64,000 nucleotides of DNA from Mobula hypostoma (lineage: Eukaryota). The position numbers were made by a program, and so were the translations under genes. Shown here piece by piece: positions 13,400-26,683 of the stretch (positions are counted from its first letter, which is position 1; every line of letters begins with the position of its first letter). The notes under the pieces were generated by a model. It ran no database searches, had not been told where the DNA came from, and saw nothing but the letters and a program-made list of their open reading frames with translations. The stretch spans positions 75,580,001-75,644,000 of the forward strand of contig NC_086097.1 of the NCBI RefSeq assembly GCF_963921235.1, given 5' to 3'.

Positions 13400-13718
13400 T
13401 ATACTGCAGGCGACAGGAAGGCTCAACAACAGTTACTTTCCCCTAACAGCAAAGCTGATGAACACCTCCATCCACTAACCCACCACCACTACTTTATTGT
13501 TTCCTATCACGGTCACTTTATGTACAGACATTCCTGTGCCAGAGGCACTTTATACATTTAATCAATCTATGTATATAAGCCATTTTGGGTATTTACGCTT
13601 TTTATTATTGTGTTATTTATCTTATGATGATTTTTTGTGCTGCATTGGATCCGGAGTAACAATTATTTCATTTTCCTTTACGCTTGTGTGCTGGAAATGG
13701 CATTAAACAATCTTGAAT
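13400..13718 (+). mobile_element. Rex1/Babar-type LINE 3' fragment
   Basis: RLNNSYFP C-terminal motif, then 3'UTR ending 'cattaaacaatcttgaat'. Confidence 0.55.
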
Positions 13719-13789
13719 GAATGATTGGGTACTAGCAGCTATCCTTCCCTCTGACTTATTGGTCCGTCTTCCTCCAGGAGCCTCTGCTG

Positions 13790-13869
13790 CAGGGGTTCCC
13801 AACTTTTTTGATGCCGTTGACCAATACCATCAAGCAAGTGGTCCATGGGCCCCAGGTTGGGAACTCCTG
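13790..13869. mobile_element. 80-bp hAT-type MITE
   Basis: TIRs CAGGGGTTCCCAAC / GTTGGGAACTCCTG; degenerate 8-bp flanks CTCTGCTG / CCCTACAG. Confidence 0.75.
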
Positions 13870-13917
13870 CCCTACAGTGAAATTAAACTGACCTTAGTAC
13901 AACTTTCTCTAGTAAAC

Positions 13918-15438
13918 CACATCAAAGTTGCTGGTGAACGCAGCAGGCCAGGCAGCATCTCTAGGAAGCGGTACAGTCGACATTTCGGGCTGAGGCCCTT
14001 CGTCAGGACTAACTGAAAGAAAAGCTAATAAGAGATTTGAAAGTGGGAGGGGGAGGGGGAGATCTGAAATGATAGGAGAAGACAGGAGGGGGAGGGATGG
14101 AGACAAGAGCTGGACAGTTGATTGGCAAAAAGGATATGAGAGGATCATGCGACAGGAGGCCTCCTCTTCTCACCTTGTCTCTTGCAAAAATGCCATCCCC
14201 TTCTCAAAATTCCTCCATCTCCACTGCATCTGCTCTCAGGATGAGGCTTTTCATTCCAGGACAAGGGAGAAGTCCTCCTTTTTTAAAGAAAGGGGCTTCC
14301 TTGCCTCCACCATCAACTCTGCTCTCAAACGCATCTCCCCCATTTCACGTACATCTGCTCTCACTCCACCCTCCTGCCATCCCACTAGGAATAGGGTTCC
14401 CCTTGTCCTCACCTACCACCCCACCAGCCTCCGGGTCCAACATATAATTCTCCGGAACTTGCACCATCTCCAACGGGATCCCACAACTAAGCACATCTTT
14501 CCCTCCCCAACCCCCGCTTTCCGCAGGAATCGCTCCCTACGCGACTCCCTTGTCCATTGGTCCCCCCCATCCCTCCCCACTGATCTCCCTCCTGGCACTT
14601 ATCCTTGTAAGCGGAACAAGTGCTACACATGCCCTTACACTTCCTCCCTTACCACCATTCAGGGCCCCAGACAGTTCTTCCAGGTGATGTGACACTTTGC
14701 CTGTGAGTCAGTTGGGGTGATATACTGTGTCCGGTGCTCCCGATGTGGCCTATATATTGGCGAGACCCGATGCAGGCTGGGAGATCGTTTCGCTGAACAC
14801 CTACGTTCTGTCCGCCAGAGAAAGCAGGATCTCCCAGTGGCCACTCATTTTAATTCCACGTCCCATTCGCATTCTGATATGTCTATCCACAGCCTCCTCT
14901 ACTGTAAAGATGAAGCCACACTCAGGTTGGAGGAACAACACCTTATATTCCGTCTGGGTAGCCTCCAACCTGATGGCATGAACTTTGAATTCTCAAACTT
15001 CCGCTAATGCCCCACCTCCCCCTCGTACCCCATCTATTATTTATTTATATACACACATTCTTTTTCTCTCTCTCTCCTTTTTCTCCCTCTGTCCCTCTCA
15101 CTATACCCCTTGCCCATCCTCTGTGTCCCTCCCACCTTTTCTTTCTCCCTAGGCCTCCTGTCCCATGATCCTCTCATATCCCTTTTGCCAATCAACTGTC
15201 CAGCTCTTGGCTCCACCCCTCACCCTCCTGTCTTCTCCTATCATTTCGGATCTCCCCCTCCCCTCTCACTTTTAAATCTCTTACTATCTCTTCTTTCATT
15301 TAGTCCTGACGAAGAGTCTCGGCCCGAAACGTCGACTGTACCTCTTCCTAGAGATGCTGCCTGGCCTGCTGCGTTCACCAGCAACTTTGATGTGTGTTGC
15401 TTGAATTTCCAGCATCTGCAGATTTCCTCGTATTTACA
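13918..15438 (+). mobile_element. 5'-truncated Penelope-like element: inverted pLTR (13918-14160) + RT C-terminus/GIY-YIG endonuclease + 3' pLTR
   Basis: ORFs 14069..14692 (VLTYHP, CKRNKCYTC) and 14717..15007 (IYCVRCSRCGLYIGETR..RFAEH..EQHLIFRLGSLQPDGMN); 14-bp TSD TTTCTCTAGTAAAC at 13904-13917 and 15439-15452. Confidence 0.95.
15302..15337 (+). ncRNA. Minimal type-I hammerhead ribozyme motif in Penelope pLTR
   Basis: AGTC-CTGACGA-A-GAGT(CTCG)GCCC-GAAA-CG-TC^GACT: helix I AGTC/GACT, core CUGANGA + GAAA, palindromic ACGU helix III, GUC cleavage triplet; one helix II mismatch. Confidence 0.8.
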
Positions 15439-16914
15439 TTTCTCTAGTAAACTATCTTTTTTGTTCTGTGAGACACGGGTACAGATCTAAATAAGTTATT
15501 CAATTAAAATGGACTTCACAGGCAGAAAATGGCACACATAGCAGACTATGTATATGTATTGCCAATATACTGTGTGCTCTATACAGTGCAGCTGGGAGTG
15601 TTTTAGTGTGTGTTGCCATGTTTACATTCTTTGTGGCAATAAATGTTCAGATTTAACAGCCAGAGGGAGCAATAGTATTAATCTGTTTTGATAATGGGTT
15701 ATATAAGTATTTATATATTGAGACTGAGTCAAATGTTATACAAAAATTTAAACTATCAAACTGTTTGCTTTTTTTTGGGGATTGACTTGCACAAAGAAAC
15801 TTTTACCAAAATACATGGGTCCATTGCCTGATTTTTTTGTCTTCCAGATTGTATCTATATTTCTTTCAATGGTAAGGCAATAAGGAAATGAGAGAATTGA
15901 TTGATTTATTCAACTTAATTAGTTCTTGCAATGCTGGAGGTTGAAGCCATGTTTCAAGCCATAATTTATTTAACTTTCACACCAAGCTCCACCTATCCAC
16001 CTGAAATCATGTAGAAGGCACATTGTGGCAGTTATGCCTGGCAAAATCTTTGCCCCTGACCCCACCAGTAGTTCTGCCTTCAAGATGAAGTTGGTTTATT
16101 TGCTTACTGTTTCCAAGCTCCCTTGCACAAGGGGTCTTGCTACTAAAAAAATGCAAAGCAAAACCCTCAGGCAAGCCTTCAGATTTACATGTATTAGAGA
16201 GTTTTTGCATGATCCTCTGGGGTTTCCACAGCTATTCATTCATCAGCAGGTAATCTCCTCAATTATATTAAGATTTGTAAGTCGTACTAACTGGCTTCAA
16301 TCCTCTGCCAAACTTATCTTCCCCCTATCCTAGACAGGACCATTCCAGAAAACCAACACATCATAGGACCTGATAGCAACCGATTTCTTGCCAGTTTGAT
16401 GTCCACCAAAGTCACAATAGGAAACATAGTTATAGAAACCTTTTATCCGTGGTACAGTGCAAATCTGTTGTATTTCTGATTAAAATTAATACTGTTATTA
16501 TGTTGGCTAGACGCTACTTAACTTCATCCATATTTACATAGCTGCTCTGAATGGCTAACTATAATCAATTGAATTATTGGAACTGCTCAGTTACAAGGGG
16601 CTAAATTTGCAGAATGCTTAATGTACACCCACTAATCACAATGCAATCATTGCACTAGCTTCATACAACCTCATTTCATTGAGTAATTCAGTCAGTGCCC
16701 AATGTACTGCTCCTGGACTGAATAAAATAGTTGACAGCCAATAACATGTGCTCCAATTTTCCACTGCAGCTAGCCTGAAACCTCTAGAAGTAGGGTGCAT
16801 CATGGCTCAGTCAGGTGCTGGCAGTGGTGCAGGAAGTGAACTGGACCTGGGAAACGCTAAGAATGGAGATTATGAGAGAGTGCAGCCACTAGACATTTTA
16901 GTCACTGCACCAGA

Positions 16915-19900
16915 AGCTTTGCTGGAGGAAGTGCACCGAGATGCAGCTTCTGAGAGACTGTGTTAGAGATCTGAAGCTGTGGCTTGATGACCTACAGCTT
17001 ATAAGGGAAAGTGAGCAGGAGATAGATAGGAGCTACAAGGAGTTAGTCATCCCGAGACTGCAGGACTTAGACAAGAGGGTGACTGTCAGGGAAGGGACAG
17101 GAGGAGCTCAGATAGTAGAGAGCACCCCTCTGGCCATCCCCCTCAGTAATCATTACCTCATTTTGGCTGCTGTTGGTGGGGGGGGGGGTGACCTGACAGA
17201 GGACAACCATGGCGAGCAGGTCTCTGGCAGTGAGCCTGGATCCATGGTGCAGAAGGGAGAGAAGAAGATGAGGAATCCGGCCGTCATAGGGGATTCAATA
17301 GGTAAGGGAAACAGACAGGAGGTTTTGTCAGCCTGATAAAGATAACCACATGGTGTGTTGTCTCCAAGGTGCCAGGGTACTGGATGTCTTGGATCAGGTG
17401 CAGAGTATTCTGAAGGGAGAGGGTGAACAGCCAGAAGTTTTGGTACATGTTGGTACCAATGACATAGGTAGAAAAAGGGAGGAGGTCCTGAAGAGAGAAT
17501 TCAGGAAGTTGGGTAGAAAGCTGAAAAGCAGGACATTCAGGGTAGTAATCTGACGATTCCTGCCTGTGCCACATGCAAACAAGCCCAAGAATTGCATGAT
17601 CAGGCATATTAATACATGGCTGAGGGACTGGTGTAGGGGCCAGGGCTTCGGGTTCCTGGATCATTGAGGCCTCTTCTGGGGGAGGTACGACCTGTATGAA
17701 AAGGATGGGTTACAGCTGAAACCAAAGGGGTTCAATATCCCAGCAGGCAGGTTTAATAGAGCTGTTCGGGAGGATTTAAACTAATTTGGCAGGGGATGGG
17801 AACCAGAGTGATTAGGGCTGAGGAAGGGGAAAACAGAAATAAATCAAAGATAATGTGCAACAGAGGTGATAGAAAGAACAGGCAGGAGGTGAGGCATAAT
17901 CACAGCCAGTGGGATGAGTTACAGTGCATAGAGCATGGTGCAATTAAAACAGAAAGCAACAAATATTGGACTGAAAATGTTATATCTGAATGCATGCAGC
18001 ATAAGAAATAAAATGGACGATCTTGAAATTCAGCTACAGATTGGCAAGTATGACGTTGTGGCCATCTCTGAAACTTGGCTAAAGGATGGCTGCCATTGGG
18101 AGCTGAACGGCCAAGGATATATGGTGTATTGGAAAGATAGGTTAGTAGGCAGATGGAGTGGTGTGACCCTGTGAATAAGAAATAATATTAAATCATTTGA
18201 AAGGGATGACATAGCATCAGAAGGTGTAGAGTCTCTATGGGTTGAGTTAAGAAATGGCAAGGGTAAAAGGACCCTAATAACAGTTGTATACAGTCCTCCA
18301 AACAGCAGCCAAGATGTGGAATACAAATTACAACAGGAGATAGAAAAGGTGTGTCAGAAGGGTAATGTCATGATAATCATTGGGGATTTTAACATGAAAG
18401 TGGACTGGGAAAACTAGGCCCGTACTGGACCTCAAGAGAGAGAATTTGTAGAATGTCTAAGGGATGGCTTTTTAGAACAGCTTGTTGTTGAGCCATCTAG
18501 GGGATCAGCTGTGTTGGGTTGGGTGTTGGGCAATGATCCAGAGTTGATAAGAGAGCTTAAGGTTAAGGAACCCTTAGGGAACAGTGATCACAATATGATT
18601 GAGTTCACTTTGAAATTTGAGGAGAAACTGAATTCCAATGTGTCAGTATTTCAGTGGAATAAAGGAAATTACAATGGCATGAGAGGGGAACTGGCCAAAG
18701 TTGACTGGAAAGAGACACTAGCAGGAAGGACAGCAGAGCAGCAATGGCTGGAGTTCCTGTGAAAAATGAAGGAAGTGCAAGACAGATATATTCTAAATAG
18801 GAAGAAATTTTCAAATGGAAGAAGGACATTACTGTGGCTGACAAGTGAAGTCAGAGCCAAAATAAAAACAGAAGTGAGGGCATATAAGGAAGCTAAAGCC
18901 AGTGGGAAGATAGAGGATTGAGAAGCTTATAAATACTTGCAAAAGGAAACTTAGAAGGTCACTAGGAAGGAAAAGATGAATTATGAAAGGAAGCTGGCAA
19001 CTAATATCAAAGAAGATACTAAAAGCTTTTTAAGTATGTAAGGGGTAAAAGAGAGTTGAGGGTAGATATAGGACCAATAGAAAATGACGCTGGAGATATT
19101 ATAATGAGAGACAGGAAGATGACAGAGGAACTGATGAAGGGTCTCGGCCTGAAACGTCGACTGCACCTCTTCCTACAGATGCTGCTTGGCCTGCTGCGTT
19201 CACCAGCAACTTTGATGTGTGTTGAGAGGAACTGAATGCTTATTTTGCATCAGTCTTCACAGTGGAAGACATCTGCAGTATACCAGACATTCAAGAATGT
19301 CAGGGAAGTGAAGTATTTGCAGTGAAAATTACAACTGAGAAGGTGCTCAGGAAGCTTAATGGTCTGAGGGTGGATAATCTCCTGTTCCTGATGGAATGCA
19401 GCTTCGGGTTCTGAAGGAAGTAGCTGGAGAGATTGCGGAGGCATTGACAATGATCTTTCAAGAATTGATAGATTCTGGCATTATACCGGATGACCAGAAT
19501 ATTACAAATGTTACTTTGCTATTTAAGAAGGGTGGGAGGCAGCAGAAAGGAAACTATAGACCTGTTAGCCTGACATCAGTGGTTGGGAAGTTGTTGGAAT
19601 TGATTATTAGGGATGAAATTACCGAGTACCTGGAGGCACATGACAAGATAAGCCAAAGCCAGCATGGTTTCCTGAAAGGAAAATCCTGCCTAACTAACCT
19701 ACTGCAATTTTTTGAGGAAATTACAAGCAGGGTAGACAAAGAAGATGCAGTAGACGTGGTGTATTTGGATTTTCAGAAAGCCTTTGACAAGGTGCTGCAC
19801 ATGAGGCTGTTTAGCAAGATAAGATCCCATGGAATTACAGGGGAGTTACTAGCATGGGTGGAGTATTGGCTGGTCAGCAGAAAACAGAGAGTGGGAATAA

Positions 19901-20938
19901 AGGGATCCTATTCTGGCTGGCTGCCAGTTACCAGTGGAGTTCCACAGGGGTCGGTGTTGGGACTGCTGCTTTTTATGATGTATATCAATGATTTGGACTA
20001 TGGGATTAATAGATTTGTGGCTAAATTTGCCGATGATACAAAGATAGGTGGAGGAGCAAGTAGTGTTGAGGAAACAGAGAGCCTGCAGAGAGACTTAAAT
20101 AGTTTAGGGGAATGGGCAAAGAAGAGGCAAATGAAATACAATGTTGGAAGTGTATGGTCATGCACTTTGGTGCAAGAAATAGATTATTGTTTAGATGGGG
20201 ACAGAATTCAAAATGCAGAGATGCAAAGGGACTTGGGAGCCCCTGTGCAGGATAGCCTAAAGGTTAACCTCCAGGTTGAATCGGTGGTGAAGAAGGAGAA
20301 TGCAATGTTGGCATTCATTTCTAGAGGTATAGAATATAAGAGCAGGGATGTGATGTTGAGGCCTTATAAGGCACTTGTGAGACCACACAGAGTATTGCGT
20401 GCAGTTTTAGGCTCCTTATTTTAGAAAGGATATGCTGGCATTGGAGAGGGTTCAGAGAAGATTCACAAGAATGATTCCAGGAATGAAAGGGTTACCGTAT
20501 GAGGAACGTCTGGCAGCTCTGTATTCCCTGGAGTTCAGAAGAATGAGGGGGGATCTCATAAAAACTTTCCAAATTTTAAAAGGCCTGAACAGATTAGATA
20601 TGGCAAAGTTATTTCCCATGGTAGGGGATTCTAGGACAAGAGGGCACGACTTCAGGATTGAAGGACGTTCTTTTAGAACTGGGATGCGGAGAAATTACTT
20701 TAGTCAGAGGGTGGTAAATCTATGGAATTTGTTGCCACGAGCGGCTGTGGAGGCCAAGTCATTGGGTGTATTTAAGGCAGAGATAGATGGGTTCTTGATT
20801 AGCCAGGGCAACAAAGGGTATGAGGAGAAGATGGGGGAGTGGGGATGACCGGAAGAATTGAATCAGCTCATGATTGAATGGCGGAGCAGACTCGATTGGC
20901 CAAATGGCCTACTCCTGCTCCTATATCTTATGGTCTTA
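16915..20938 (+). mobile_element. Near full-length decayed CR1 LINE (ORF1 + ORF2 + 3' tail)
   Basis: ORF1 pieces 16941..17553; APE 17935..18762; RT 19396..20424; C-terminus 20432..20848; tail TCTTATGGTCTTA. Confidence 0.95.
19135..19224 (+). mobile_element. 90-bp Penelope terminal fragment starting in the hammerhead core, inserted in CR1 ORF2
   Basis: Flanked by AGAGGAACTGA at 19124-19134 and 19225-19235; sequence matches 3166-3254. Confidence 0.9.
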
Positions 20939-21088
20939 AGTACAAAATGAATAAATGCTTTTGTGTTTGAACTCAGCTGCACGCATTTAATACTGTTGCA
21001 TACTTTCATACCTTCATTTCACAGCCATTCCACTCTGCCAACCATTAAACCAAGAAAGCCATTTTATCTGCTCACTAAAATATTTCCT

Positions 21089-21213
21089 TTTTTATTGGTA
21101 ATTTATTTTTTATTGAATTTCATCATCAAAGAAACATTTCCATAAGAAGTATTTCAGATACTGTATATATATCATATAATCATATTTGTCACAAATCTCC
21201 ACATAATATTTAT
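21089..21213 (-). mobile_element. Short A-tailed retro-insertion (L1/Tx1-like 3' end)
   Basis: T-rich left end with TTTATT (AATAAA on minus); possible TSD ATTTCCT on both sides. Confidence 0.4.
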
Positions 21214-21929
21214 CATTTCCTATATTTTAAGCACAATCAGAGGTAGCAAGATGCCAACCAGAGAGAAATGGGATTGCCTGTATTTCCTTACCCTTAGGAA
21301 AGAGATAGTGATAGTTGGTAATATGATAGTATTGTTGCTGAGGTCATGAATAGTTGTGAGTCCTTAAACAATACAGTACAGAGATATCCTCATGCTTAAT
21401 CTTCCTCACATTACACACTCTTCTGATTTGCCAACCACAGATCATCAAAGTCCCTCTTATCTTTTTCTGCTTTTGGCACTAAAATCTTACTCCCGTTTTA
21501 TTTTCAGTTCGGATACTCAGAAACTGCAAACCAGCCAGCCCTTGAAGGAATCGCAGAGGGAGTGAGGATGAATTTCCAACATCATTATCACGTGCCTGAC
21601 CAGACGCACATAATACAGATGACGTGTGGTGGTTACTGCAAATAAGGCGTGGTAATGAGCGCGAGCAACCTCCAGCCAACTTGAAGGCAGGCAAAGTATT
21701 TCTGTTCACCACAAGGTACGGTCCAATACAGATTCTCCTCCAGAAGCTTCTGGTGAGGACTTCAGTGTCAGGATCCAGAGAAGAATGATGATTCTGTGCA
21801 AGGAAAGGTCTGGTGTATTGACAACGCCATCCAGGAAGCAGGGGCAAGGAGTCAAGTAACAAGGTGAATCAGGCAGCAAATCTGCACTGGGTGTCAGTGT
21901 GAAACTTGGAGTTCATCTCTTGCAGTGTT

Positions 21930-22463
21930 AACATGGAACAGCACAGCACAAGATGGACTCTTAGGCCCATGATGTCTCTACTTGACAATCAGCCTCTAGC
22001 ACAATACCTAACTACATAGCCCAGTAACATCCATTATTTCTTTTCATCTAAGAGTCTCTTAAATGCCCCTAATATATCAGGCTCTACCACCACTCCAGCA
22101 CTTACCACTCTCTTGCTGCTCGTTTCTATTTTTGCATGATTTGTATTTTTTTAACCCTTTCTCTGTGCATCGGGTGTTGGTCTTTATTTTACTTGTTTTA
22201 ATTAGGTTCTTTGCAGTTCCTTGCTTTGAGGCTGTCTGCAAGCAAACAAATCTCAAGGTTATGAAACATATATTTTTTGATAATAAATATACTTTGAAAC
22301 TTTGAAAAACCTACCTCTGCCATCTCTCCAAAACTTATCTCCACTCACCTTAAAAGGATTTCTTGTGGTATTATCCTTGCTGCCCTAGGGAAAAGGCACT
22401 GGCCACGCACTCTGCCTCTCATAATCTTTGACACCTCGATCAAGTTGCCTCTCATCCTCCTTC
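21930..22463 (-). mobile_element. Old CR1 3' fragment interrupted by a plus-strand Rex1/Babar-tail insert (~22115-22305)
   Basis: Matches the CR1 3' end at 44850-45200; the insert ends 'gataataaatatactttgaaactttgaa'. Confidence 0.6.
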
Positions 22464-25400
22464 AAAGTGAAGTAAAAAATTTATTATCAGAGTACATATA
22501 TGTCACCATACAAACCTGAGGTCCTTTTTCTGTGGGTATACTTAGCAAATCTATAGAACAGTAACTGTAAATTGTTAGCAAACTGTGCAAATGCAAATAA
22601 TAATTAAACTGCAATAAGTAATGAGAATGAAATAACAAGATAAAAGAGTCCTTAAGTGAGTGTGGTTATCCCCTTTTGTTCAAGAGCATGATGGTTGAGG
22701 GGTTATTACTGTTCTTGAAACTGGTGGTGTGAGTCCTGAGGCACCTGTACCTTCTACCTGATGGCAGCAGCGAGAAAACAGCATGGCCTGGGTGGTGGGG
22801 ATCTTTGATGATGGGTGCTGCTTTCCTATGACAATGTTTCATGTAGATGCACTCAATGTTTGGGAGGGTTTTACCCATGATGTACAGTGCCAAATCCACG
22901 AACCTTTGTAGGACTTTCTGCTCAAAGTATTGGTGTTCCCATACCAGGCTGTAATGCAGCCAGTCAGCACACTTTCCACCACACATCTACAGAAGTTTGC
23001 CAAGGCTTTTGGTGACATGCTGAACCTCCGCAGGCACCTGAGGAAGTAGAGGTGCTGTCATGCTTTCTTTGCAATTATATTTATATGATGGGTCGGGTCC
23101 AGGACAGGTCCTCTGAGATAGTGACACCCAGGTATTGGAAGTTACTGACCCTCTCCATCTCTGATCCTTTGATGAATACTGGTTCATGGACCTCTTGTTT
23201 CCTCTCCTGAACTCTAGTCTCAGTTCCTTGGTCTTATTAACATTGAGTGAGAGGTTGTTGCTATTACACTACTCAGCCAACTTTTCAATCTCCCTCCTGT
23301 ATGCTGATTCATCACCCCCTTTGATACAGCCCACAACAGTAGTGTCATCAGCAAAGTTGTATATGGTGTTGGAGGTGTATTTAGCCACACAGTCATTAAG
23401 TGTAAAGCGAGTAGAGCAGGGAGCTAAGTATATACCCTTGCCATGCTCCTGGGCTGATGGAGATTGTGGAGGAGATATTTTTGACAATCCAAACTGACTG
23501 GGGTCTACAAGTGAAGAAATCCAGGATCCAATTTCACAAGGGGGCATTGAGGCCAAGGTCTTGGAGTTTACTGGTTAGTTTAGACAGGATGATAGTATTA
23601 AGTGCTGAGCTGTAGTCGATGAAGAGCATCCTGGCATATGCATCTTTGATGTCCAGATGTTCCAGGGTTGTGTGAAGAGCCAATGAGATGGCATCTGCTG
23701 TAGACCTGTTGCTTCAGATCCAAGTCACCACTCAGACAGAAGTTGATATGCTTCAACACCAGCCTTTCAAAACACTTCATCACTGTGGATGTAAGTGCCA
23801 CTGGGTGAAAGTCATTTAGACAGGTTACTATGCTCTTCTTTGTATGGACATGTGGCCAAGTGGTTAAGGCATTGGACTAGCGATCTGATGGTGGTGAGTT
23901 CGAGCCCCAGCACTTAACCACACGGTGCTCTGTGACGAAACCGGTGCCAAGCTGTATGGGCCTTTGCCCTTCCCTTGGACGACATCGGCCTCGTGGAGAC
24001 GGGAGACTTTCAGCATGGGCAACTTCCGGTCTTCCATAAAATCTTGCTCAAGCCTGCGCCCTGGAGAGCGAAGACTTTCCAGGTGCAGATCCATGGTCTC
24101 GCAAGACTAACGGATGCCTTATAAATGCTTTTCTTGGACACGGGTACCATTGAAGTCTGCCTGAAGCAGGTGAGTACTACACACTGCTGAGTGAGAGGTT
24201 GAAGATATCTGTGAATACACTAGCCAGATCGTTGGCACAGGTCTTCCGTACTCGGCCAGGTACTCTGCCTGGAACAGGTGCTTTCCTTGGATTCACTCTC
24301 TTGAAGGCAGCCTGCATATCATCCTTAGATACTGAGACTAAAGGATCATCAGGAGACATGGGGGTGCGCGATGGTTCCTCATTGTCCTGATGATCAAAGC
24401 AAGCATAGAAAGCATTGCGCTCATCTGGAAGCGAAGCTGTGCTGTCTCCAGTATCACAAGATTAAACTTTGTAAGAGGTTATCGCATTCAACCCCTGCCA
24501 CCGCTGTCGAGCATCCCTCATTGATTCTAGTCTTGTCTGGAATCTCCACTTCGCCCAGGAGATGGCGTTCTGGAGATCCTACCTGCACCTCTAGTAGCAT
24601 TCTTGCTCTCCAGACTTGAATACCTTGGATCTGGCTCTCAGCAGATTCCGGATTTCATTGTTCATCCAGGGCTTCTGATTGGGGAAAGCCCTGAACAATT
24701 TTGTGGGGACAAGCTCATCTACAGCTGCTTTTAATGAAGTCTGCTGCGACCCTGGGGTATCATTCAGGTCCTCAGATGAGTTCTTGAGCATGGCCCAGCC
24801 AAAACAATCTTGAAACCGTTCCTCTGCCTCCTGCGACCATCTGTTAGTTGTCGTCTACAGCCTTGCTCTTTAGACTCTGTCTGTATGCAGGTAGCAGGAT
24901 TACAGTCAATTGATCCAACTTGCCAAAGTGTGGTCTCGGAAAGGAATGATAAGCATTCCTTATCATAGTGTAGCAGTGGTCTGGTGTGTTGGAACCTTCG
25001 GAGCAACAGAGTACATGCTGGTGATAATTGGGCAGGGTTTTCTTCAAACAGGCCTGGCTAAAGTCGCCAACTATAATTTTGAAATGCATCAGGATGAGCT
25101 GTTTCTTGTTTACAGACAGCATCATGCATTTTTGCAAGAGCTTGCTGAAAATCAGCTGCTGGTGGTATGTAAACTGTGGTCAGGATCACGGGTGAGAACT
25201 CCTGAGGCAAATAGGATGGTCTAGATTTAACTGTTAGTTGTTCTATGTTAAGGGAACAAGAAGCTGGCATAACCCCAATGTCCGTGCACCAATGAGAATT
25301 GACTAAAAATCATACGACATCATCTCTTTCCTTACCAGAGTTCACAGTTCGATCCATTCTGAAAATCATAAAACCTTCTGGTTGTGTCAGTGCATTCGGT

Positions 25401-25780
25401 GTATCCACATTTCAACAAGTTTCAGTGCAACCAACAATTGAAGTTAGCTTCATTTGTCTCTGATTTCGCAGCCTTGCCCTGAGATCGGCAATCGTACTTT
25501 CCAGCCTCAACCCTCCACGCTTCAGCCTGGTTTGAATTCTGTCTCTCCTGCCACATTTTTGGCTGTGGCATTGACCCTTAAAGGTGCCGCTCTTAACTGC
25601 TCTGCATTTAACCATCGAACGTGAGATCTGAAGATCTGAAGATCATTCATGGTCTGCTGTTAAGATGAAATTTACATGCTGCAGGTTACAGTGAAAGTAG
25701 TTCAAAAGGAGTATATTTAAGAAGAAAACTGGTACAATGCAGGCAGCAAAGAGTCTTCGATGTATGCCAGCACCATCTTG
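22464..25780 (-). mobile_element. Near full-length decayed Rex1/Babar LINE (APE + RT)
   Basis: [69 protein letters not shown]; 5' end CAAGATGGTG (revcomp at 25771-25780). Confidence 0.9.
23841..24124 (+). mobile_element. tRNA-derived SINE with RTE-derived 3' tail
   Basis: A box TGGCCAAGTGG 23853-23863, B box GAGTTCGAGCC 23896-23906; tail 24071-24118 matches RTE 28028-28075 (46/48); 11-bp TSD ATGCT(C/T)TTCTT. Confidence 0.92.
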
Positions 25781-26445
25781 AAACATGTCTGGGAAAGAAA
25801 AAACACTCCAGAGAGTGTGGAAGTGTTAGGCAGCTCCTTTGATACAGAGGTCTACCTAACCATGATGGGGCAACTGCTGGTGACTGCTGCCACAGGCATT
25901 GTTTCATGTGGTAGCCACACAGCCTCTGAGAGATAAACCATGGTTCTGATGTGCAGTGCAGAGATAGGGTTTACACAGCGTCCACTCTCACGATGAAAGC
26001 ATACGTTCTGCCATCCTCACCACAACACTGCTATTAAATCCTCAAGAAAAGCAGAGAATCTTGTAAACATTCAGCGGGTCAGACAGAATCTGTGGAAAGA
26101 GAAGCATATCAATCAATGGTCTTTTACTTGAAATAATAACTCTGTTTTTCTTTGCAGAGATGCTGCCTGCCCTGCACAGTACCTCAACTATTTTCTGTTT
26201 GCATTCCAATTTAAATTACTCTGCTTTATGCTCCAATTCACGTCATCAGCTGCCATGGCCCAAAGCACTTAAATGTCTCCTTAAGCCTTTCTACTTCTTA
26301 AAATTGCTTCAACGGCTTTCAATTTTGCATGGTTTCATTTTAAAACGCTCCTTTAAACCTAACTTTTGACAAAGTTTTGGCCATGTATCCTGCATGACTC
26401 AGCAAAAAAATCCAGTTTCATAACCTGCCAAATAATTGAGATATA

Positions 26446-26631
26446 TGTTGTGTCTTTACAACGACATATCAATTAAATAAAAGCATACACGAGGAGGGTG
26501 AAGTTAACTGGTATCTTTACTTTGCAGCGAGAGAGAGCCTACAACAGATCAATGCGTATGAGTAAGTTATCAGTCAATACGTAGTACTAAGGGGAGTCAT
26601 TGTGCTAAAACAAATTGATCCATACATTACC
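26446..26631 (-). repeat. 3' LTR of the Gypsy element
   Basis: Direct repeat of 35846-36022; adjacent PPT. Confidence 0.9.
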
Positions 26632-26683
26632 CTCCCTCCACTTTTAGATTAATGTAACATAAAACTGTATATGTAACAAAACA

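Noticed and set aside
21479..21862. 127-aa ORF in unique DNA
   Set aside because: Non-ATG start, no recognisable domain.
23845..23912. tRNA gene
   Set aside because: A/B boxes are present but it continues into a SINE body and tail with a TSD; no proper acceptor stem or terminator. The same applies to 63890-63957.
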